Source of the DNA: an uncultured Caulobacter sp. | GTDB taxonomy: Bacteria; Pseudomonadota; Alphaproteobacteria; Caulobacterales; Caulobacteraceae | Direction: 5' to 3' | DNA length: 64,000 nucleotides | Assembly: GCF_947036865.1 (NCBI RefSeq) | Contig: NZ_CAMQSF010000018.1 | Span: 976 to 64,975, forward strand | Shown: positions 59,016-64,000 of the stretch, in pieces | Layout of the letters: each line of letters starts with the position of its first letter | Position numbering within the stretch: position 1 is the stretch's first letter | Translations under genes and position numbers: made by a program | Notes under the pieces: generated by a model | Told to the model about the DNA's origin: nothing | Seen by the model: the letters and a program-made list of their open reading frames with translations, nothing else | Databases searched by the model: none

Positions 59016-59993
59016 ATGCGTTCGCGCGCGCTTTCGTCCGTGATGATCCTGGGAGGGGCGCTCATCGCCCTCCTCGCCTGCCAACAACAGCCGAAGGCGT
59101 CGCCCGGCGCTCAATTGGCCTGGGCCTATCCCAAGGGCCCGAAGGAAGACCTGCCGCCCTACCCCGCCGGCGAGCTGCATGTTCCGGGGAGCACGGTCAC
59201 CTACACCGGCGAGGCGCTGAACAAGGGCGGCGGCCCGCCCGACTGGTTCCCGCAAAACCATCCGCCCGCGCCCCAGATCGTCGCCAAGGGCCGCGACGGC
59301 GTCACGGCCTGCGCCGAGTGCCACCGCATCGGCGGCGACGGTTACAACGGCACGACCGACCTCGCCGGGCTGAAGGCCGAGTACATCGTTCAGCAGATCC
59401 AGGAATTCCGCTCGGGCCGCCGCCACTCGTGGGAAGCCGGTCGCCCGGCGGTCGAAGAGATGATCGGCATCGCCCGCAAGGTCAGCGACGCCGACGCCCA
59501 AGCCGCCGCCGCCTATTTCTCGGCCCTGCCGCGCATCCCGCACACCCGCGTGGTCGAGGGCGACACGGCCCCGGCCGCGCGCGGCAGCTATTACGGCTGG
59601 ATGCAGCCGGTCCCGGGCCAGCCGGCCAGGCCGCTGAACGGCCAGGTCGTCGAGCTCGACGCGGATTGGAACCGGGCGCTGCTGGCCGATCCGAACTCGC
59701 CCCTCGTCATCTACGCGCCGGTAGGCTCGACCGCCGCTGGCGAGGCCCTGGTCCGGTCCGGCGGCCCCAACGGCCAGGCCTGCTCCGCCTGCCACGGCCC
59801 AAGCCTGAAGGGTTCGGCCATCGCCCCGCCCTTGGCCGGCCGCTCGGCGGCGTACCTCGCGCGGCAGCTGCTGGACATCAAGACGGGCGCCCGGAGCGGT
59901 CCGGCCGTGGCCCAGATGCAGGGGCCGGCCCAGGGTCTCGACGACACGCAGATCCGCGACATCGCGGTGTATGCGGCGTCGCTGACGCCGTAG
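59016..59993 (+). CDS. Di-heme c-type cytochrome (lipoprotein signal)
   Basis: Two CXXCH motifs (CAECH, CSACH). N-terminal ..GGALIALLAC. Confidence 0.85.
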   Translation: MRSRALSSVMILGGALIALLACQQQPKASPGAQLAWAYPKGPKEDLPPYPAGELHVPGSTVTYTGEALNKGGGPPDWFPQNHPPAPQIVAKGRDGVTACAECHRIGGDGYNGTTDLAGLKAEYIVQQIQEFRSGRRHSWEAGRPAVEEMIGIARKVSDADAQAAAAYFSALPRIPHTRVVEGDTAPAARGSYYGWMQPVPGQPARPLNGQVVELDADWNRALLADPNSPLVIYAPVGSTAAGEALVRSGGPNGQACSACHGPSLKGSAIAPPLAGRSAAYLARQLLDIKTGARSGPAVAQMQGPAQGLDDTQIRDIAVYAASLTP

Positions 59994-59999
59994 ATCCGC

Positions 60000-60082
60000 C
60001 CTCGCCCTTCGACAGGCTCAGGGTGAGGGCTATTGCAAGCCGCCGAGTAGAAACCTCACCCTGAGCTTGTCGAAGGGCGGGG
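60000..60082. repeat. Palindromic intergenic repeat element (REP/MITE-like), copy B
   Basis: Arms cctcgcccttcgacaggctcagggtgagg (60000-60028) and cctcaccctgagcttgtcgaagggcgggg (60054-60082) are complementary with 2 mismatches and a 25-nt spacer. Lies between convergent genes. Confidence 0.7.
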
Positions 60083-60098
60083 TTTCGGTTCCTCGCCC

Positions 60099-62195
60099 CT
60101 ACCCCGCGATCAGCCCGAAGTCCGCCACCTGGCCCATCGCCTCCCGCACGGCCGCCAGGGTCTTCAGGCGGTTGTCGCGGTGCTCGGGGTCATTGACGAA
60201 CACGCCGTCCAGATAGGCGTCGACCGGGCCGCGCAGGCCGGCCAGCTGGGCCATGGCGCCGGTGAAGTCCTCGCGGGCCAGGGCGTCGGCCAGCGGGCCC
60301 TTCAGGACGCGCAAAGCATCGTAGAGCTGGACCTCGGCGGCGCTGTCGGCGGCCGGGGCCTCCGGCTCGCCGGTCGGCAGCGCGCCCTTCTTCTCCTCGG
60401 CTTTCAGGATGTTCGACGCGCGCTTGTAGCCGGCCAGCAGGTTCTTGCCGTCGTCGGTCTTCAGGAAGCCATCCAGCGCCTCGACCCGAGCGACGATGCG
60501 GGCGAGGTCGTCGTCGCCCAAGGCGAACACGGCGTCGACGAGGTCGTGACGCTTGCCCTGGTCGCGGAGGGTGACTTTGAGGCGGTCGGCGAAGAAGGCG
60601 AGTACATCGTTCGCCACTGAAACCGAAAAGTCCCCAAGCGACGGCGCATCCTGACGGAATTCTCGCGCCTGAAGCGAGAGGGTATATTTCAGCTCATTCC
60701 GCTGAACGGATCGGGCAAGAACTGTTTGAAGCGGAATACGAGCGCCGCTTTCCAGAATAATCCGGATCACCCCCAGCGCCGCCCGACGCAGCGCATACGG
60801 GTCCTTGCTACCGGTCGGCTTCTCGTCGATCGCGAAGAAGCCCACCAGGGTGTCCAACTTGTCCGCCAGCGCCACCGCCACGCTCACCGTCGCGGTCGGC
60901 ACGGCGTCGCTCGGCCCTTGCGGCTTGTAGTGGTCGCGCACGGCGTCGGCGATCTCGCTGTCCATCCCGAACTGGCGGGCATAGTAGCCGCCCATGATCC
61001 CCTGCAGCTCGGGGAACTCGCCGACCATCTGCGAGGCCAGGTCCGCCTTGGCCAGGCGCGCGGCTTCCTTGGTCTTGGCGACATCGGCGCCGACCAGCGG
61101 GGCGATCTCGCCCGCCAGGGCGACGATCCGCTCCACGCGCTGCGCCATCGTCCCGAGCTTGGCGTGGAAGGTCACGCCGTTCAGCTTCTCCAGCCAGGGT
61201 TCGAAGCCGACCTTGACGTCCTCGTCCCAGAAGAACCGGGCGTCGGACAGGCGCGAGGACAGCACCTTGGCGTTGCCGGCCGCGATCACCGCGCCGCCGT
61301 CGGCCGCCTGGATGTTGGCGATGGTGATGAAGTGCGGGGCCAGACCCTCTTCGCCGGCCTTGCGAACGGCGAAGTACTTCTGGTGCGTGCGCATCGAGGT
61401 GCGGATCACCTCTGGCGGCAGGTCGAGGAACGCCGGGTCCATGTCGCCCAGCACCGGCGTCGGCCATTCGGCCAGACCCGCGACTTCCTCAAGCAGTCCC
61501 TGGTCCTCGACCAGTTCGAGGTGACGCGCGAAGCACAGGGTCTTGCAGCCCTCGAGGATGCGCTGCTTGCGCTCCTCGACGTCCAGCACGACGAAATGCG
61601 CTTCCAGGCCCGCGGCGTATTCGTCGAAGTCCTTGGCGACGAACGGCTGACCGTCGCCCATGAAGCGGTGGCCCTCGGTGACGTCGCCGCTCGGGATGCC
61701 CTCGATAGCGAACGGCACGACCTCGCGGTCCAGCACGCACAGGATGCGCTTCAGCGGCCGCACCCAGCGCAGCTTCTTGGTCCCCCAGGTCATCGACTTG
61801 GGCCAGGGGAAACCGCGCACGATCGCCTCGACCATCTCGGCGACGATCTCGGCCGTCGGGCGACCCTTCTTGTCGATGAAGGCCATATAGACGCCGTCGC
61901 GCTCGACCAGCTGGTCCTGTGAGAGGCCCGTCTTGCGCAGGAAGCCTTCCATGGCCTGCGGCGGGGCGCCGACGCGCGGGCCCTTGAGCTCTTCCCGGCG
62001 GTCGGCCTGAGCCAGCGGCAGGCCTTCGGCCACCAGGGTCAGGCGGCGCGGGCCGGCGAAGGTCTTCAGGGCCTCGGGCAGGAAGCCGGCGGCGGCCAGG
62101 TGCTCGCGCGCCATCCGCTCCAGGTCCTTGGCGGCCTGGGCCTGCATGCGGGCGGGGATCTCTTCCGAGAACAGTTCGAGGAGAAGCTGGGGCAT
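60099..62195 (-). CDS. glyS: Glycine--tRNA ligase beta subunit
   Basis: MPQLLLELFSEEIPARMQ.. 698 aa, immediately downstream of glyQ. Confidence 0.95.
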   Translation of the reverse strand: MPQLLLELFSEEIPARMQAQAAKDLERMAREHLAAAGFLPEALKTFAGPRRLTLVAEGLPLAQADRREELKGPRVGAPPQAMEGFLRKTGLSQDQLVERDGVYMAFIDKKGRPTAEIVAEMVEAIVRGFPWPKSMTWGTKKLRWVRPLKRILCVLDREVVPFAIEGIPSGDVTEGHRFMGDGQPFVAKDFDEYAAGLEAHFVVLDVEERKQRILEGCKTLCFARHLELVEDQGLLEEVAGLAEWPTPVLGDMDPAFLDLPPEVIRTSMRTHQKYFAVRKAGEEGLAPHFITIANIQAADGGAVIAAGNAKVLSSRLSDARFFWDEDVKVGFEPWLEKLNGVTFHAKLGTMAQRVERIVALAGEIAPLVGADVAKTKEAARLAKADLASQMVGEFPELQGIMGGYYARQFGMDSEIADAVRDHYKPQGPSDAVPTATVSVAVALADKLDTLVGFFAIDEKPTGSKDPYALRRAALGVIRIILESGARIPLQTVLARSVQRNELKYTLSLQAREFRQDAPSLGDFSVSVANDVLAFFADRLKVTLRDQGKRHDLVDAVFALGDDDLARIVARVEALDGFLKTDDGKNLLAGYKRASNILKAEEKKGALPTGEPEAPAADSAAEVQLYDALRVLKGPLADALAREDFTGAMAQLAGLRGPVDAYLDGVFVNDPEHRDNRLKTLAAVREAMGQVADFGLIAG

Positions 62196-62201
62196 GGGAC
62201 T

Positions 62202-63101
62202 TTACGCGGCTTCCTGCTGATCGACCCAGGCCTGGGCGCAAAGCTTGCAGAGGTCGCGGATGCGGCCGATGTAGCTGGCGCGCTCGGCGACGGCGATCGC
62301 GCCGCGGGCGTTCATCAGATTGAAGAGGTGGCTGGCCTTCAGGACCATGTCGTAGGCGGGCAGCACCAGGGCCTTGTTCTGGTACGAGCGGGCCAGCATC
62401 AGCGGGACCTGCTCTTCCATCTGCTCGAACTGCTGCTTCAGCACCGCGACGTCATAGCCGTGGAAATTGGCTTCCGACTGCTGGCGCTCGTTCTCCAGGA
62501 ACACCTCGCCATAGCTGGTCGCGCCGAGCGGCGAGTCCGGATCGTTGAACGGCAGGTCATAGACGTTGTCGACGCCGAATACGTACATGGCCAGGCGCTC
62601 CAGGCCGTAGGTCAGCTCGCCGGCCACCGGCGAGACGTCCAGGCCGCCGACCTGCTGGAAGTAGGTGTACTGCGACACCTCCATGCCGTCGCACCAGACC
62701 TCCCAGCCCAGGCCCCAGGCCCCGACGGTGGGGTTCTCCCAGTCGTCCTCGACGAAGCGGATGTCGTGGGTGCGCAGGTCGAGGCCAATCGCGTCCAGCG
62801 AGCCGAGATAGAGATCCTGCATGTTCTCGGGGTTCGGCTTCAGGATCACCTGATACTGGTAATAGTGCTGCAGGCGGTTGGGGTTCTCGCCATAGCGGCC
62901 GTCGCCCGGACGGCGCGAGGGCTGCACATAGGCCGCGTTCCAGGGCTTGGGCCCCAGGGCGCGCAGGACCGTGGCCGGGTGCAGGGTCCCCGCCCCCACC
63001 TCGACGTCGTGCGGCTGCAGGATCACGCAGCCCTGCCGGCTCCAATAGTCATGGAGCGTCAGGATCAGGCTTTGGAACGACTTGGGTTTTTCGCGCGACA
63101 T
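62202..63101 (-). CDS. glyQ: Glycine--tRNA ligase alpha subunit
   Basis: ORF trimmed to ATG 63101: [67 protein letters not shown]. Confidence 0.95.
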   Translation of the reverse strand: MSREKPKSFQSLILTLHDYWSRQGCVILQPHDVEVGAGTLHPATVLRALGPKPWNAAYVQPSRRPGDGRYGENPNRLQHYYQYQVILKPNPENMQDLYLGSLDAIGLDLRTHDIRFVEDDWENPTVGAWGLGWEVWCDGMEVSQYTYFQQVGGLDVSPVAGELTYGLERLAMYVFGVDNVYDLPFNDPDSPLGATSYGEVFLENERQQSEANFHGYDVAVLKQQFEQMEEQVPLMLARSYQNKALVLPAYDMVLKASHLFNLMNARGAIAVAERASYIGRIRDLCKLCAQAWVDQQEAA

Positions 63102-63376
63102 CGATCGAAGCAGGTCTGGGAAGGATCGGCGGCGACCGCGCGAGCCTTGCGTGAGTTCGAGGGCCAGGGAGAGCATGGCCCATCCAGCGGACGCCTGATT
63201 ACACACTCCGGCGCTTCGGGCCAACAGCCGCGCCGCGCCTTTCTCGCGGGCGCCGGTTGCGCGCCGAGCGGGCGTCGCCGGACGCCGTGTCTCGAATCCT
63301 TCACCCCACGATCAACGTAGCGACACTTACGTCCCCTAGGGCCACGGAGCTTCACCGCAAAAATAAGGGGGTCCTC

Positions 63377-64000
63377 ATGCGTTTTTCCAAATGGCTGGTG
63401 GCGTCGACCGCTATCGCCCTGTCCTTCGTCGGCGCGCAGCAAGCCGCCGCCCGCACCGAGACCGCGGCGACCACCGCCGCCAATACCGACGCCAGCGATA
63501 GCGTCGCGCTGGAACAGGTCATCGTCACCGCGGAAAAGCGCAGCGAGAACCTGCAAAACACCTCGATCGCCATCTCGGTCCTGACCGGCAAGGGCCTGGA
63601 AGATCGTCAGGTCGTGTCGCTGGCCGATCTGGGCGACGGCGCCGTGCCGTCGCTGAAGGTCGCGCCGTTCTTCTCGCGCCCGGGCGCGCTGATCATGAAC
63701 GTCCGCGGCATCGGCGTCCTGTCGGACTCCAACCAGCCGGCCCGCGACCAAGGCGTCGGCATCTATGTCGACGGCGTCTATCTGGGCCGCCCGCAGGGCC
63801 TGGGCACCGCCCTCTACGACGTCGCCAACCTGGAAGTGCTGAAGGGTCCGCAAGGCACGCTGTTCGGCCGTAACACCGAAGGCGGCGCGGTCAGCATCAC
63901 GACCAAGAAGCCGACCGGCGAGTTCGGCCTGGTGGCCAAGGCGGGCATCGCCAACTACAGCGGCTACAGCGCCGAAATGCACGTCGACCTGCCGGCCTTC
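63377..64000 (+). CDS. TonB-dependent receptor, N-terminal part (3' end beyond window)
   Basis: Not in ORF track. Own translation from ATG 63377 (AAGGGGG upstream): MRFSKWLVASTAIALSFVGAQQAAA..LEQVIVTAEKRSENLQNTSIAISVL..LEVLKGPQGTLFGRNTEGGAVSITTKKP. Confidence 0.8.
   Translation, partial: MRFSKWLVASTAIALSFVGAQQAAARTETAATTAANTDASDSVALEQVIVTAEKRSENLQNTSIAISVLTGKGLEDRQVVSLADLGDGAVPSLKVAPFFSRPGALIMNVRGIGVLSDSNQPARDQGVGIYVDGVYLGRPQGLGTALYDVANLEVLKGPQGTLFGRNTEGGAVSITTKKPTGEFGLVAKAGIANYSGYSAEMHVDLPAF

Overview
High-GC (about two thirds G+C by eye) chromosomal segment of an alphaproteobacterium. The gene set suggests Caulobacterales: MucR/Ros regulator, two-domain cold-shock protein, ALA synthase HemA, H+-pyrophosphatase, many TonB-dependent receptors. 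Most of the window is conserved housekeeping: recJ, fbp, glpX, hom, phaC, argC, rpsI-rplM, ctaA, ihfA, fabH-plsX, bamE, hppA, thiL-nusB-ribH-nrdR-glyA, hemA, a valine-catabolism cluster, hemB and glyQS. There are five tRNA genes: Arg-UCU, Pro-UGG, two identical Glu-UUC and Pro-GGG. The left 11.5 kb is an outer-membrane uptake region. It holds a TonB-dependent receptor coupled to an SbmA/BacA-type ABC transporter, a LysR regulator, and a FecI/FecR/FecA-type cell-surface signalling module whose transducer sits in tandem with a paralogous non-signalling receptor. The only clearly accessory DNA is a roughly 1.8 kb low-GC islet (13.26-15.05 kb) abutting the 3' end of tRNA-Arg. It is bounded by a short repeat of the tRNA end and carries one intact orphan ORF plus a frameshifted lipase-like gene. 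I could not recognise an intact, clearly novel multi-gene system. This islet, which may be a toxin/immunity remnant, is the best candidate for something undescribed. A 29-nt palindromic repeat element occurs at two convergent intergenic sites. Many long ORFs in the supplied track are antisense artefacts of high GC and were rejected. Two genes running off the window edges (1..1031 minus, 63377..64000 plus) are absent from the track and were called by my own translation.
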